A stretch of DNA of 64,000 nt from assembly GCA_963805855.1 (NCBI GenBank), contig CAWDVW010000007.1:256001-320000 (forward strand), given 5' to 3'. The DNA is from Candidatus Dadabacteria bacterium (GTDB lineage Bacteria; Desulfobacterota_D; UBA1144; Nemesobacterales; CSP1-2). Position numbers and translations under genes: made by a program. Position 1 is the stretch's first letter; each line of letters starts with the position of its first letter. Shown here one piece after another: positions 10,308 to 20,962 of this stretch. Under the pieces are notes generated by a model, which worked only from the letters and a program-made list of their open reading frames with translations, was not told the DNA's origin and searched no databases.

Positions 10308-11099
10308 TCATTTTCCTTTAAAAACTGGTTTTCTCTTCTCTGCGAATGCCCTTTGACCCTCTTTATAATCAGAGCTTGATTGTACTTCAAGGATCATTTG
10401 CTTCAGGGTTTCTTCGTCGGCCGGGTCGGGCTTTTGATTCCTTTGCCATTTATTTATGGTGTATTTCATCGTTTTCATGGAGAGTGGGGCGTTGGAAGCA
10501 ATATCATTTGCAAGTGAGTAAGTGTATTTTTCAATCCCCGAAGAACTTTTAACCTCATTTACAAGTCCAATACTTAATCCCTTATTTGCATCAATTGGGT
10601 TTCCTATCAGGAACATTTCTTTTGTGTAGCCAATGCCTATAAGGTTCAGAAACTTCCTGATTCCTGTATATGTGTAAATTACTCCCAGCTTAGCGGGAGG
10701 CATCCCCAGTCTTGCATCCTCGACACAAACCCTGTAGTCACAGGTGACTGCTAACTCCAGACCAGCGCCAAAAGCATGACCATTGATCATGGCAATAACA
10801 GGGTAGGGGAAGTTCTCGATGCTGTTGCCGGCAATGATCAACGGATGATCACCCTCATAGTCTCTCATCATGTCATTGTCACCTATTGCTGCGATGTCAT
10901 ATCCCGATGAAAATGCCTTGTCTCCCGCCCCTCGTATAACGACACATCTTACCTTCCCCTCATCATCGAGTCTTTTTAGTTCCTCATCTATTTTCACCAG
11001 CATCGTCGGTGTTAAAAGATTTCTCTTATCCGGTCGGTTAAGGGTTAAAGTACAGATCAAATCATTTTCTTCCACAAGTAGGTCTGAAGGTGATGGCAT
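10308..11099 (-). CDS. Enoyl-CoA hydratase/isomerase family protein
   Basis: AFSSGYDI, NGHAFGAGLELA..CD.R, EG..AF.EKR.P.F. Confidence 0.92.
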   Translation of the reverse strand: MPSPSDLLVEENDLICTLTLNRPDKRNLLTPTMLVKIDEELKRLDDEGKVRCVVIRGAGDKAFSSGYDIAAIGDNDMMRDYEGDHPLIIAGNSIENFPYPVIAMINGHAFGAGLELAVTCDYRVCVEDARLGMPPAKLGVIYTYTGIRKFLNLIGIGYTKEMFLIGNPIDANKGLSIGLVNEVKSSSGIEKYTYSLANDIASNAPLSMKTMKYTINKWQRNQKPDPADEETLKQMILEVQSSSDYKEGQRAFAEKRKPVFKGK

Positions 11100-11216
11100 T
11101 TTTTGATCTCCCTATTTCAATGAGGAATGTAGTTAGTATCGTTTCTTGATGAGCTTTGTCAATCCGTGTTCGCCGTTATGGATCCCTTTAGAGTACATTC
11201 TGGAACAAATAGAGTG

Positions 11217-11244
11217 TTGACAGTTTTAGTTTTGCGGATAAATT
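11217..11244 (+). promoter_or_regulatory. Putative sigma70 promoter
   Basis: TTGACA-16 nt-TAAATT upstream of the cytochrome c gene (GGAGG RBS). Confidence 0.35.
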
Positions 11245-11293
11245 AGCGAAAGTAAGAAATCTAAAAATAAGAAGAGACGAGGACGGTTGCATA

Positions 11294-11905
11294 ATGAGAA
11301 TAACAGCTTTAGGTTTTATCTTGATCGGATTTTGTTTCTTTATTTGTTTTCTCGAGCTTTCGTACTCAAACGAGCAAAAAGGGGACGAGCTCAACGAGGT
11401 AAATAGGGAGGCCCAAATAAAGCGAGGGGAATACCTTGTCAATGCTGCAGGGTGCAATGACTGCCATTCACCAAAGATCTTCACTCCGAAAGGACCGGTA
11501 CCGGACCCGGATAGACTATTATCGGGTTATCCCTCCAAAGAAAAACTTCCTGATATTCCCAAAGATTTAATTGGTCCCGATGATTGGGGCGGTTTATTTA
11601 CGAATGACTTAACAGCTTGGACTGGGCCGTGGGGAGCGACGTTTGCGACGAATTTAACTCCCGATGAACAGACAGGAATTGGTTTATGGACCGAGGAGCT
11701 ATTTATCAAAACAATGCGCACCGGAAAACACCTGGGAGCGGGTAGGGATATTTTACCCCCAATGCCCTGGTATAACCTTTCAAAGCTGAGCGACGATGAT
11801 CTCAAAGCTATTTTTGCATATCTTCGAACAATTAAGCCCAAAAAAAATATGGTGCCTGCTCCAATACCACCGACTGATTTGTCTCCGGATAAAACAGGTG
11901 AGTAG
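11294..11905 (+). CDS. Exported c-type cytochrome
   Basis: Signal peptide, RGEYLV...CNDCH heme motif, NLTPD..TGIG.W, PPMPW. Confidence 0.88.
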   Translation: MRITALGFILIGFCFFICFLELSYSNEQKGDELNEVNREAQIKRGEYLVNAAGCNDCHSPKIFTPKGPVPDPDRLLSGYPSKEKLPDIPKDLIGPDDWGGLFTNDLTAWTGPWGATFATNLTPDEQTGIGLWTEELFIKTMRTGKHLGAGRDILPPMPWYNLSKLSDDDLKAIFAYLRTIKPKKNMVPAPIPPTDLSPDKTGE

Positions 11906-12099
11906 TACTAGTTAAACATGTTGTGAGGAAGGCAGAAAGTCGATTGCATTGAGGAAAATAGTCACTAACCACTTTTGATTACTGCTAGGTACTTTAATGT
12001 ATCCCAGAGGATTAATTCAACAAGCATGCCGATGGCAAGTTTGTTTCTTCCTCCGTGGTTTAATGGGGTTCTACCTTCCTCAGGTTCTTGCTCTTCTCG

Positions 12100-12176
12100 G
12101 TAGGGATCGCATATATGCGATCCCTACATATTCGTTTAATATCAGTAAAATGTAGAGGAGCACCGTAGTTCTCTAC
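12100..12176. repeat. Two GTAG-type REP palindromes
   Basis: Perfect 28-bp palindrome GTAGGGATCGCATATATGCGATCCCTAC (12100-12127) and degenerate GTAGAG...CTCTAC (12152-12176). Confidence 0.75.
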
Positions 12177-12399
12177 TTTTTGCCATCCTGAATTTATTTC
12201 AGGCTTCAACGTAAATAGTGACAAGTGTTCTTGTAAATGCGTGCCGGTTTTCGTTAGTTAGTATTTGACACATGGCGAATGGATAAGCAAAGTTTAAGAT
12301 ATTTGCTATTTTTTAAAATCAAATAGTTTACATTTTTTCTTCTCTTCATACCATTAACACTGTTTGTTTGCGCCATTTGTTGTTTTAGGGAGGGATTCA

Positions 12400-13197
12400 A
12401 TGAAACTTAAACACAAAGTTGCGATCGTTACTGGTGGAGGGACAGGCATAGGTCGAGCTACCGCGCTTCTGTTGGCCGAAGAAGGAGCTCACGTCGCCGT
12501 GGTTGGAAGGAGGGAAAGCAGACTTCTTGAGACCGTAAATGATATCAGGGAGCACGGTGGGAGCGCTCATCAAATCCCGGGAGATATATCAAAGGTAAGC
12601 GAAACCGAGAGAATCGTTAAAGAGACTGTAGAGCGGTTCGGCGGCCTTGATATTCTTGTAAACAATGCGGGTGTCTACAGGGGTCCAAAAATAACTGAGA
12701 CCACCGAGGATGATTATGATTACGTAATGGATATAAACCTTAAGGGTACGTTCTTTATGTGCAAGCATGCCATTCCTGAAATGAAAAAGAGGGGTCAGGG
12801 GGCCATAATAAATGTGGGAAGTGCCCTCGGGATAAAGGGATGGAAGGATGCATCTACATCTGTTTATTCAGCGTCGAAGGGCGGAGTCGCCATGCTTACA
12901 AAAGCACTGGCTCTGGAGGTTGCAAAAGATCAAGTCAGGGTAAACTGCATATCTCCCGGCATTGTGGAAACGGAGGTATTGGAAACCTTGGGAATCCCAA
13001 AGCACGAGGTGCCCGAGCGTCTGAAACAGTGGAATTCATTTCACCCGCTTGGTCGAAACGGTCAGCCTGAAGAGGTTGCAAAAGCAGTTCTCTATTTCGC
13101 ATCAGATGATTCATCCTGGGCGACGGGCTCAGTTTTCAACCTCGACGGCGGCGTAACCGCCGCACAGGTGATTCACACAAGATGGCAGCCAGGGTAA
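12400..13197 (+). CDS. Short-chain dehydrogenase/reductase
   Basis: TGGGTGIG, NNAG, YSASK; GGGAGG RBS before ATG 12400. Confidence 0.93.
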   Translation: MKLKHKVAIVTGGGTGIGRATALLLAEEGAHVAVVGRRESRLLETVNDIREHGGSAHQIPGDISKVSETERIVKETVERFGGLDILVNNAGVYRGPKITETTEDDYDYVMDINLKGTFFMCKHAIPEMKKRGQGAIINVGSALGIKGWKDASTSVYSASKGGVAMLTKALALEVAKDQVRVNCISPGIVETEVLETLGIPKHEVPERLKQWNSFHPLGRNGQPEEVAKAVLYFASDDSSWATGSVFNLDGGVTAAQVIHTRWQPG

Positions 13198-13362
13198 AAA
13201 GAACTAATCGGGGTTTTCTGGGTCACTTCTGCATCTTAGGCCTAGAATGGCTCAGTGTCTTGATTGTTTATTCATATTATTTGAATTTATGTAATTCTTG
13301 ATCTGGTGTAAGCTTTAGACCCGATCCAGGATAATCTATGGACTGATGAGTGCCGAACCCTC

Positions 13363-14736
13363 ATGAACTTTGATGAAACGAGAAGGAAATTAATAAATGA
13401 AGTTCACCAATTGCTGCGCCAGCATTTAGAGCGGCTGGTATGGACCAAAGATCACTTAATAAATTTTCAAACAATAAGACTGCGGGAGATATTGAGTATC
13501 GCAAAGCAAAATACTTCTTGGTATAAAGAAAGTCTCAAGAATGTTGACCCGAATGAATTCAAGTTGGAAGAACTTGGGGATCTACCTGTCTTAAGTAAAA
13601 ATGATGTGACGAATAATTGGAACGATGTGGTCGCTGTACCTGGATTGAGAAAAGAGATCGCTGAAGACCATCTTGAAATGTTACGAGAAGGGAAAATCGA
13701 TAATCCCTATTTTGATGATCGCTATCTCTTCATAGCCACCGGTGGCTCGAGTGGTAAAAGGGGTCTATTTATTTGGGATTGGGAGTTTTTAAAGGAAACC
13801 GCCTGTATCAGTTATCGATATCTCGCAGATCAAGAGATCAGGTGCGGATATAACGGACCAATGAAGCTGGCAACTATTGAAGCTCCCACCTTATTACATG
13901 GGAGCGCTCATTTATTCACGATAAATGTCCTTCCTGAAATCGAGGTAAGGACCCTCAGTGCGGTTGAGTCTCTGGTAAGGCTGAATAATATTTTGAACGA
14001 GTATAGACCAAATTATTTGGTAGGTTACGCGTCAGTTATTGCCGAACTCGCGAGGGATCAATTAAAGTGCGATCTGAATATTCAACCACGCTGGGTCAGC
14101 ACAAATTCGGAGCCTCTGGATGAAGATATGCGCTCTATTATAAAGGAAGCATGGGGCATTGAGGCCCGTAATTCCTGGGGTAGTGTGGAGATCGGATGTG
14201 TAGCCGTGGAGGCGGGAAATCGTTCTGGAATGATAATTGGAGAAGATGGAGTCATACTAGAGCTTGTTGACGATAGTTTGCAACATGTCGGAGAGTCAAA
14301 GGATGCGACAAAGGTAGTTGCAACAAGTCTAATTAATCGATCGATGCCCATAATTAGATACGTAATTGAGGATGTTCTGGAAATTGAAGACGATAATATC
14401 GAGTTTCCCGCATACCGAAGGATCAAATCTATTCTTGGCAGGGCAGACAACTGGTTTGTTTACGAAAATTCCAGGATTCACCCTATGGCTTTTAGAGATG
14501 TTATGTCTCAGGTGAAAGAGATCGAGGAGTATCAAATATTGCAAACGAGAGACGGTGCGGCCATTAAACTTATCTGTGAGGATAAGCCTGAAGTAGAGCA
14601 GATTTTGAACAAGATCAAAGAAAATTTAAGAAAACAGGGCTTGAAAACCCCCCATGTTACAGTCGATATCGTAAACAGCTTGCCAAGACACCCCGAAACT
14701 GGAAAGGTAAAGCGTTTTATACCTCTAAAATCTTGA
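13363..14736 (+). CDS. Phenylacetate-CoA ligase/F390-synthetase-like adenylate-forming enzyme
   Basis: ATGGSSGKRG P-loop, WGSVE.G, PIIRY.I.D, GRAD, TGKVKRF. Confidence 0.8.
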   Translation: MNFDETRRKLINEVHQLLRQHLERLVWTKDHLINFQTIRLREILSIAKQNTSWYKESLKNVDPNEFKLEELGDLPVLSKNDVTNNWNDVVAVPGLRKEIAEDHLEMLREGKIDNPYFDDRYLFIATGGSSGKRGLFIWDWEFLKETACISYRYLADQEIRCGYNGPMKLATIEAPTLLHGSAHLFTINVLPEIEVRTLSAVESLVRLNNILNEYRPNYLVGYASVIAELARDQLKCDLNIQPRWVSTNSEPLDEDMRSIIKEAWGIEARNSWGSVEIGCVAVEAGNRSGMIIGEDGVILELVDDSLQHVGESKDATKVVATSLINRSMPIIRYVIEDVLEIEDDNIEFPAYRRIKSILGRADNWFVYENSRIHPMAFRDVMSQVKEIEEYQILQTRDGAAIKLICEDKPEVEQILNKIKENLRKQGLKTPHVTVDIVNSLPRHPETGKVKRFIPLKS

Positions 14737-14866
14737 ATATTAATCTGGTAAGACAGCACACATTCATTTCGGTTATATTAATTATATGCACCCGAAACTA
14801 GAAGGGACTGGAGTAAATCAAGAATCTTTGTTAATATTGTTATTTATTAATTAAGGAGAAGGAAAT

Positions 14867-15370
14867 ATGCCTGTATTTGAATATGAATGCGATAAATGCG
14901 TAGATAAATACAATTCCGATATTTCAGATTTGGTAAAGAAATTAAATAAGACAAGTGCCTCAAAATTGCTGAAGAGGAATCCCGGTTTCAAGTACATCGA
15001 ATCCTCCAATAGCAAAGATAACAAGGTGCATTTTTCAATTGGTGAACGAGGTAAACCGAATACAAGGAGATTTCGTTATCCACTTGATAGGGATAAAGTC
15101 TTGTATCTCGAGTTAAAGAATTATCGTTTCAGCGAGTTGATATACAATAAAGAAGAGGAAAAGGATCTGAAGTGTCCATTGTGTAAAAAGGGCGAGAGCG
15201 TGAGAAGAGTTTTTTCAACGTTCAAGGCGATTTTTGATGATAAGAATAAACGGGCGCCACGGCCTGGCGATGAATTAAGGTGGCATTTGGAGTATAAACA
15301 GCAAAAAGATGAGGAGATCAAGAGTGAATGGGTAGGGCAGGATTATTTAGACCAATATTTCCAAAGATAG
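14867..15370 (+). CDS. FmdB-like zinc-ribbon protein with inserted domain (paralog 1)
   Basis: MPVFEYECDKC ... RFSELI ... CPLC ... RRVFSTF; AAGGAG RBS. Confidence 0.75.
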   Translation: MPVFEYECDKCVDKYNSDISDLVKKLNKTSASKLLKRNPGFKYIESSNSKDNKVHFSIGERGKPNTRRFRYPLDRDKVLYLELKNYRFSELIYNKEEEKDLKCPLCKKGESVRRVFSTFKAIFDDKNKRAPRPGDELRWHLEYKQQKDEEIKSEWVGQDYLDQYFQR

Positions 15371-15382
15371 GGAGCAATCAAA

Positions 15383-15865
15383 ATGCCTTTATATGAATAT
15401 GAATGTTTGAAATGCAGAAATAATCTTGAAACTTCTTTGAAAAGTCTTGAGAAAAAGGCGACAAAGAAGGCTGTATCTGATTTAGTTAAGAAGTATCCTA
15501 ATATTCATTATCTGCTGGTGATTGATCTGGATAATAAAAAGATGCTAGCCGAATACGGGAAGAAGAAGTCTGGCACCACCGACATGGATTTTTATCTCAA
15601 CGATGGTTCAAAAATGGTGCTGGTAAATATAGACAAGTTCAGGTTTTCAGAGCTTATTTTAGATAAAGATGATGAAAAGAGGCTTAAGTGTTATTGTGGT
15701 GAAACTAAAAAAATAGAGAGGGTTGTTTCTACCTTCGCATATACACATGATCTATCTACAAATATGCCTAAACCAGACCTTTCCGGCTTGCCTCCCGAGG
15801 TTAGAGCAAAGACATTTTTAACTGATTACATAGAAGAAAAGGACAGGCCAAAGGCGAATCGGTAA
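15383..15865 (+). CDS. FmdB-like zinc-ribbon protein with inserted domain (paralog 2)
   Basis: MPLYEYECLKC ... RFSELI ... KCYCG ... ERVVSTF; GGGAG RBS. Confidence 0.75.
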   Translation: MPLYEYECLKCRNNLETSLKSLEKKATKKAVSDLVKKYPNIHYLLVIDLDNKKMLAEYGKKKSGTTDMDFYLNDGSKMVLVNIDKFRFSELILDKDDEKRLKCYCGETKKIERVVSTFAYTHDLSTNMPKPDLSGLPPEVRAKTFLTDYIEEKDRPKANR

Positions 15866-15892
15866 CCATGCATTTTAATAATGAATTTTGAT

Positions 15893-15919
15893 GTAGGGAC
15901 ACAAAATTTTGCGCTTCTA
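15893..15919. repeat. Degenerate GTAG REP between convergent genes
   Basis: GTAGGGACACAAAATTTTGCGCTTCTA resembles 8201 and 9301 copies. Confidence 0.55.
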
Positions 15920-16579
15920 ATCGTTATATTCCTCTTTTTTTCGACCAAATCTTCTTCCGAGTTCTTCATAAATATCCTCTGGGGTGATACCAAAATTGGC
16001 AAGTAATACAAGGGAGTGAAACCAAAGGTCCGCTACTTCGTAAGTTATTTCATTGTTATTGTCGTTTTTAGCGGCTATAACCGCTTCGCCTGCCTCCTCA
16101 CCGATCTTTTTTAAGATGCTGTCAATACCGTCCTTAAATAGTTTACTAACGTATGACCCCTCTTTCGGATTTCGCTTCCTATCGTCAACAATTTGATATA
16201 CCTCATCCAACGTTCTACCACCTTTGATACCCTCAAATGCGGGTGCGCCTCTGTTACTTTCTCCGAGGCCTGTGAAGAAGCAGGTTCGCTGACCAGTATG
16301 GCAGGAAACTCCCTTTTGATTGACTAGCACCAGAACGGCGTCTCTGTCACAGTCAAGGAAGATCTGCTTCACCTCCTGAGTGTTTCCGGATTCTTCGCCT
16401 TTTTCCCAAAGCTTGTTTCTGGACCGGCTCCAGAAATGTGCCCTGTTTTTCTCGTGAGTTTTTTCAATTGCCTCTTTATTTGCGTAAGCGAACATAAGGA
16501 CTTGTCCATTTTCGGCATCTTGGACAATGACCGGCACTAAACCTTTATCATCGTACATGATTTTATCAATGTTCATCAC
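15917..16579 (-). CDS. hisIE: Bifunctional phosphoribosyl-AMP cyclohydrolase / phosphoribosyl-ATP pyrophosphatase
   Basis: [41 protein letters not shown]. Confidence 0.96.
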   Translation of the reverse strand: MMNIDKIMYDDKGLVPVIVQDAENGQVLMFAYANKEAIEKTHEKNRAHFWSRSRNKLWEKGEESGNTQEVKQIFLDCDRDAVLVLVNQKGVSCHTGQRTCFFTGLGESNRGAPAFEGIKGGRTLDEVYQIVDDRKRNPKEGSYVSKLFKDGIDSILKKIGEEAGEAVIAAKNDNNNEITYEVADLWFHSLVLLANFGITPEDIYEELGRRFGRKKEEYND

Positions 16580-16717
16580 TTCCTCCGCTACTAATACTAA
16601 CCAAGTTTAATCCAAATTCCGAGTTCTACGGTTTAGATTTCTTAGGATTGGCTTTACTAAGTTATAATTGTTGACTATATTTTAATCATATTGTAGTAGG
16701 CGTTAAGGAGAAAAGAT

Positions 16718-16927
16718 ATGGCAAGAGTAACAATTGAAGATTGCCTCGAAAAGGTAGAAAACAGGTTTGCGCTATCCATTACAGCTATGAAAAGAGCAAA
16801 GCAGATTGCTGAGGGAGCCGCTCCCCTTTCGCAAGAGACCGATAATAAGCCTATAGTACTTGCATTGAGAGAGATTGCCGAAGGTAAAGTAAAGGTTAAG
16901 TATCCAAAATCCCCAGAGAAAAAGTAG
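16718..16927 (+). CDS. rpoZ: RNA polymerase omega subunit
   Basis: [18 protein letters not shown]...[16 protein letters not shown]. Confidence 0.95.
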   Translation: MARVTIEDCLEKVENRFALSITAMKRAKQIAEGAAPLSQETDNKPIVLALREIAEGKVKVKYPKSPEKK

Positions 16928-17247
16928 CTGTGGATGTTTCCTGATTAGGGTTTTTGCTTCTAAAACAACGCATGGGAATATCAATTGGTTTGATTGTTCA
17001 TAGCCTGTAATCTATTTTCCACTCACTCCCTAAGATCGTTTTTAAGTGATTTCAATGAGCAATTCTAGAATTACATTAATTCGGCATTTTAGAATCATAT
17101 CGTCATTGATTGTAATTCAGAAGTAATTAGGGTTCTGAAACGAATTTAATTTTGTAGATTTTTACGATGAATGTTCCATGAATTCATGTGGAGTGCGTCA
17201 TTGCTGTAGCTGTAAGATAATCCGGGGACAGTATCTTAGATCTTAAA

Positions 17248-17545
17248 TGGGCATTCAAAAAATTGCCAAAATCAATTCCGGAAGCGTTAAAAAAAGTGAC
17301 AATCATTACTGTCATCTCGAAGGAGCAAAGTGACTGAGAGAACTAATTAATTATAGCAATAGATATCTCGCATTCGCTCGATACGCAAGCGTTTTTTGTT
17401 AGCCCTTGATTTTTGTTTCTTTGTATCAAGACAAAGAAAATAAAAAATTAAAGAATGGATCCCCGATTAAAACATTCGGGGATGACGGATAAGCAAATTT
17501 CCAGGAAATTTATTGTTGTTAGGATTTCGTCCACGAAATATCTAA
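17248..17545. repeat. Composite non-coding repeat (MITE-like), homologous to 52488-52685
   Basis: Blocks shared in the same order: GGCATTC.AAAAA.TGC, AAAATCAA, GCGTTAAAA, TTCTTTG..TCAAGACAAAGAAA, GATT..GTCC.CGAAATATCT; internal hairpin ATCCCCGA-TTAAAACAT-TCGGGGAT. Confidence 0.6.
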
Positions 17546-17665
17546 GATCTAAAGCGATGACATGAGAGACCTTTTGTTTATGTACCGATATCTTATAGGG
17601 GCCTGCATGAAGTTTTATTTTCCATACAGTTTTGAATTCATTAGAATCAAAGTTAGGGTTTGTTC

Positions 17666-19615
17666 ATGATTAAGGTGGGAATAGATACGGGAGGGACTTT
17701 CACGGATTTTGTTTTTTCCAATGGAAAAGATCAGTTCACCCATAAAATATCCTCGACTCCCCATGACCCTTCTCAGGCTATCATTCAGGGGCTGATTGAG
17801 ATTCTGGGAAAGGAATTCAAAAGAACCGAAATTATTCATGGAACGACTGTAGGAACAAATGCACTGCTAGAGCGAAAAGGTGCAAAAGTGGCACTCATAA
17901 CTACAAAAGGGTTTGAAGATGTGCTTGAAATTGGAAGACAGAACAGGGGGGAATTATATAATCTCTTCTGGCAGCCCCAGGAGCCGCTTGTTTCGAGAAC
18001 GCTGAGGTTTGGAGTAAGTGAGCGGGTTGATTACGAGGGACGAATATTAAAGAGGGTGGAAATAGGAGAGATTAGAAAACTGTTAGGAAGACTTAAAAAG
18101 TTAAAAGTCGAGTGCGTTGCAATATCATTTCTTCACTCATACAAGAATCCCAAAAATGAAATTGATGCGGAAAAGATTCTCAGTTCCTTAGGTTTACCCA
18201 TTTCTACTTCATCCAGGATCCTTCCGGAGTTCAGGGAATATGAAAGGACATCAACGATAGTCGCCAATTCTTACCTTCAGCCCAAGGTAAGGGTTTATAT
18301 GAATTCGTTAGCTGAAAATCTCCCTGAATCTCGTGTACTTGTTATGCAATCGAGTGGCGGAGTCACTTCTCCAAAGCAAGCGGGGGAGGAGCCGGTAAGG
18401 ATTATATACTCAGGTCCTGCCGGAGGAGTTGTCGGAGGTTACAGGGTTTCGGAGATGATGGGTTATAAGAGGGTTATAACTTATGATATGGGCGGAACGT
18501 CTACAGACATCGCGCTTTGTGACGGTTCCCTCATGTTTACAACAGAAAACAAGATAGACGGGATTCCTATTACGATGCCAATGCTTGACGTTATAACAAT
18601 TGGTGCGGGTGGTGGGTCGATCGCCTATGTCGATTCTGGGGGAGTGTTGAAGGTGGGTCCCGAGAGTGCGGGTGCCGACCCAGGGCCTGCCTGTTATGGG
18701 AGAGGAAGTTTTCCGACGGTGACGGATGCTAATGTTGTTCTGGGGAGGATTAACGCCAAATGGTTTCTGGGAGGACAGATGAAAATTTTTCCTGAGAAAT
18801 CAAGATCGGCTCTCAGGAGACTTGCAGATAGACTTAATACGTCTCTTTTAAGGCTGGCGGATGGCATAATAAAGGTTTCCAACTCCAATATGGAAAGAGC
18901 CCTCAGGGTAGCCTCCGTCGGGAGAGGTTATGATCCCAGGGATTTTGCACTTTTCTCTTTCGGTGGTGCCGGTGGTCTTCATGCGTGCGAACTAGCAGTT
19001 GGATTGGGAATAAAAAAAGTAATATTTCCGAAAGATCCCGGCGTATTTTCTGCCCTTGGAATGCTCATGGCCGAATCCTTCAAGGATTATAGTCAAACAA
19101 TATTCCTGAGCGGAAAGCAAATCAATCTGGGTTCGATAGAAAAGGGGTTTAAGGCATTAGAGAAAAAGGCTCGGGAAGATTTTCCATCTGGAGACTTGAG
19201 ATTCGACCGTTTTATCGATGCGAGATATAAAAGGCAATCTCATGAAATAACAATACCCTTCAGCGATGGTTTTAAAAAGGCGTTTCATAGAACTCATAAG
19301 AAAAAGTATGGATATGAGAAATCGCATGACGAGATAGAGATTGTCACACTCAGGCTGAGGGCTGTGTTAAGGTCAAAAGGAAGGATAAGACTTCCACTGT
19401 TAGACAACCCACAAAGAAAAATTGCGCCTGATAAGACTAAATTGTTCTTAAATAACAAGAGGCTTGGTGTCAATTCATATGTTAGAGATGATTTCTATAG
19501 GGGGTTTACTTTTAAGGGACCAGCGTTGGTTTTTGAGAATACATCGACGCTGTTTATTCCTCCTCAATTTAGATGCGAGATCGATAAATGGGGGAATATA
19601 TTAGCTACTGTATGA
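17666..19615 (+). CDS. Hydantoinase A / 5-oxoprolinase N-terminal subunit
   Basis: GIDTGGTFTD, HGTTVGTNALLER, DMGGTSTD, IGAGGGSI, GPESAGADPGPACY. Confidence 0.93.
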   Translation: MIKVGIDTGGTFTDFVFSNGKDQFTHKISSTPHDPSQAIIQGLIEILGKEFKRTEIIHGTTVGTNALLERKGAKVALITTKGFEDVLEIGRQNRGELYNLFWQPQEPLVSRTLRFGVSERVDYEGRILKRVEIGEIRKLLGRLKKLKVECVAISFLHSYKNPKNEIDAEKILSSLGLPISTSSRILPEFREYERTSTIVANSYLQPKVRVYMNSLAENLPESRVLVMQSSGGVTSPKQAGEEPVRIIYSGPAGGVVGGYRVSEMMGYKRVITYDMGGTSTDIALCDGSLMFTTENKIDGIPITMPMLDVITIGAGGGSIAYVDSGGVLKVGPESAGADPGPACYGRGSFPTVTDANVVLGRINAKWFLGGQMKIFPEKSRSALRRLADRLNTSLLRLADGIIKVSNSNMERALRVASVGRGYDPRDFALFSFGGAGGLHACELAVGLGIKKVIFPKDPGVFSALGMLMAESFKDYSQTIFLSGKQINLGSIEKGFKALEKKAREDFPSGDLRFDRFIDARYKRQSHEITIPFSDGFKKAFHRTHKKKYGYEKSHDEIEIVTLRLRAVLRSKGRIRLPLLDNPQRKIAPDKTKLFLNNKRLGVNSYVRDDFYRGFTFKGPALVFENTSTLFIPPQFRCEIDKWGNILATV

Positions 19616-19721
19616 TTTAATTATGCATAGTTAAGTTTCTGAAAATCGAACATCGTTCATTGCTTTTACTCCTCAACTGCCTTTGGCATGCTACAGGGTT
19701 TCCTATGTCGGCGGCGGTTCG

Positions 19722-19887
19722 CTAAATTGAGTGTTTACTCCGCAAAGCAATCCTTCCAATGAGATGTGAAATACAGATTATCAATCCGCCAGCAAGCCTG
19801 TGCTGAGTTTGCCGGACGGACTAGCTGAACCTTACGAGTTTTTGCGTAAATGTTCTCTTCGGGTAGGTCACGAGTCTTGCTCGTGAC
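19722..19887. repeat. Composite repeat with REP, homologous to 52140-52289
   Basis: GTGTT.ACTCCGC.AAGCAATC block plus an identical 27-mer GGGTAGGTCACGAGTCTTGCTCGTGAC (19861-19887 = 52263-52289). Confidence 0.7.
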
Positions 19888-20003
19888 GGAAGAGGTTCGT
19901 CCCCTTCGAAGGTGATTATCCTGAGTCACCGAGGGACTTAGAGCTCGTCGCAAGTGAATCTAATGTTTGTCTATGTGCTGATACGCCGTAGCCTCGTGCA
20001 GCT

Positions 20004-20711
20004 TTATTCATCGCGTTGAAATAATTTGCCGGCGATATCAAAGTCCATTGGGTAGGTGATTTTAATGTTTTTTTCGTCTCCTCTGATAGTATATACAGGC
20101 TGTCCAATTCTTAATACAAGAGATGAATCGTCGGTAGAGTTTTTTATTCCGTCCTCTAAAGCCTTTTGATGCGCCTCTTTGATTAGATCATAGCTAAAGG
20201 CTTGAGGGGTTTGAATCCGCCTTAACGTTGACCTGTTCGGTATGTTGATAATAAATCCTTTCCGATCGGTCTCTATCATGGTGTCTATCGAAGGGATTAC
20301 GGGGACGACAGCATGATGTTTGTCTAGAGCTTTAAGTAATCTATTCAAAAGATTGTTTGTAATAAAGGGTCTTACCGCATCATGTATTAGAACGAACTTT
20401 GTGTCGTTTCCACATGCATCAATCCCATTCTTGGATGATTCCTGTCTCGTTTTACCGCCCCGGATAATTTTCTTGACTTTCGCTAAGCGGTGGCGATTAA
20501 CAAATTCCCATGCTTTGTCTATGTACTCTGAGAGTGTCACGATTATTAATTCGTCAATATTGCTGCATTTTTCGAATGGTTTCAACGTTTGAATTAACAG
20601 GGGAGATCCCGATAAATCTAAAAATTGTTTGGGGACATCCTTATTTATTCTGCTTCCACTTCCCGATGCTAATATCACTGCCTTGACTTTTTTCTTCTTC
20701 TTTCGTTTCAT
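20004..20711 (-). CDS. ispD: IspD/TarI-family cytidylyltransferase
   Basis: ILASGSGSR....PKQF, GGKTRQESS, IHDAVRP, QTPQAF, NIKITYP.D. Confidence 0.85.
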   Translation of the reverse strand: MKRKKKKKVKAVILASGSGSRINKDVPKQFLDLSGSPLLIQTLKPFEKCSNIDELIIVTLSEYIDKAWEFVNRHRLAKVKKIIRGGKTRQESSKNGIDACGNDTKFVLIHDAVRPFITNNLLNRLLKALDKHHAVVPVIPSIDTMIETDRKGFIINIPNRSTLRRIQTPQAFSYDLIKEAHQKALEDGIKNSTDDSSLVLRIGQPVYTIRGDEKNIKITYPMDFDIAGKLFQRDE

Positions 20712-20962
20712 GGATTTGTTAAGTATTGATTTTCCATAATCCTGAAATTTGAAATGTAAGATACGTTTTAGCCTTTTGGGCTCAGATTAGGAGCAAAGCA
20801 TTTTTGTGCGATTCTCGGTGTATCTCATAGGCTGTTAAGGATAACATTTATATTATATTCTGATATATTTAAGTTTAACTTTTTGTTATAAGAAGAGCAT
20901 CTATTATTGGTGAATTTCGTTTTGTTATTCGAAATATATGGATTGTTGTTTGGTGAACTAAA

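Noticed and set aside
13165-13197. SDR tail QVIHTRWQPG as a functional extension
   Set aside because: Probably a TAG-to-CAG stop loss after DGGVTAA; no evidence of function
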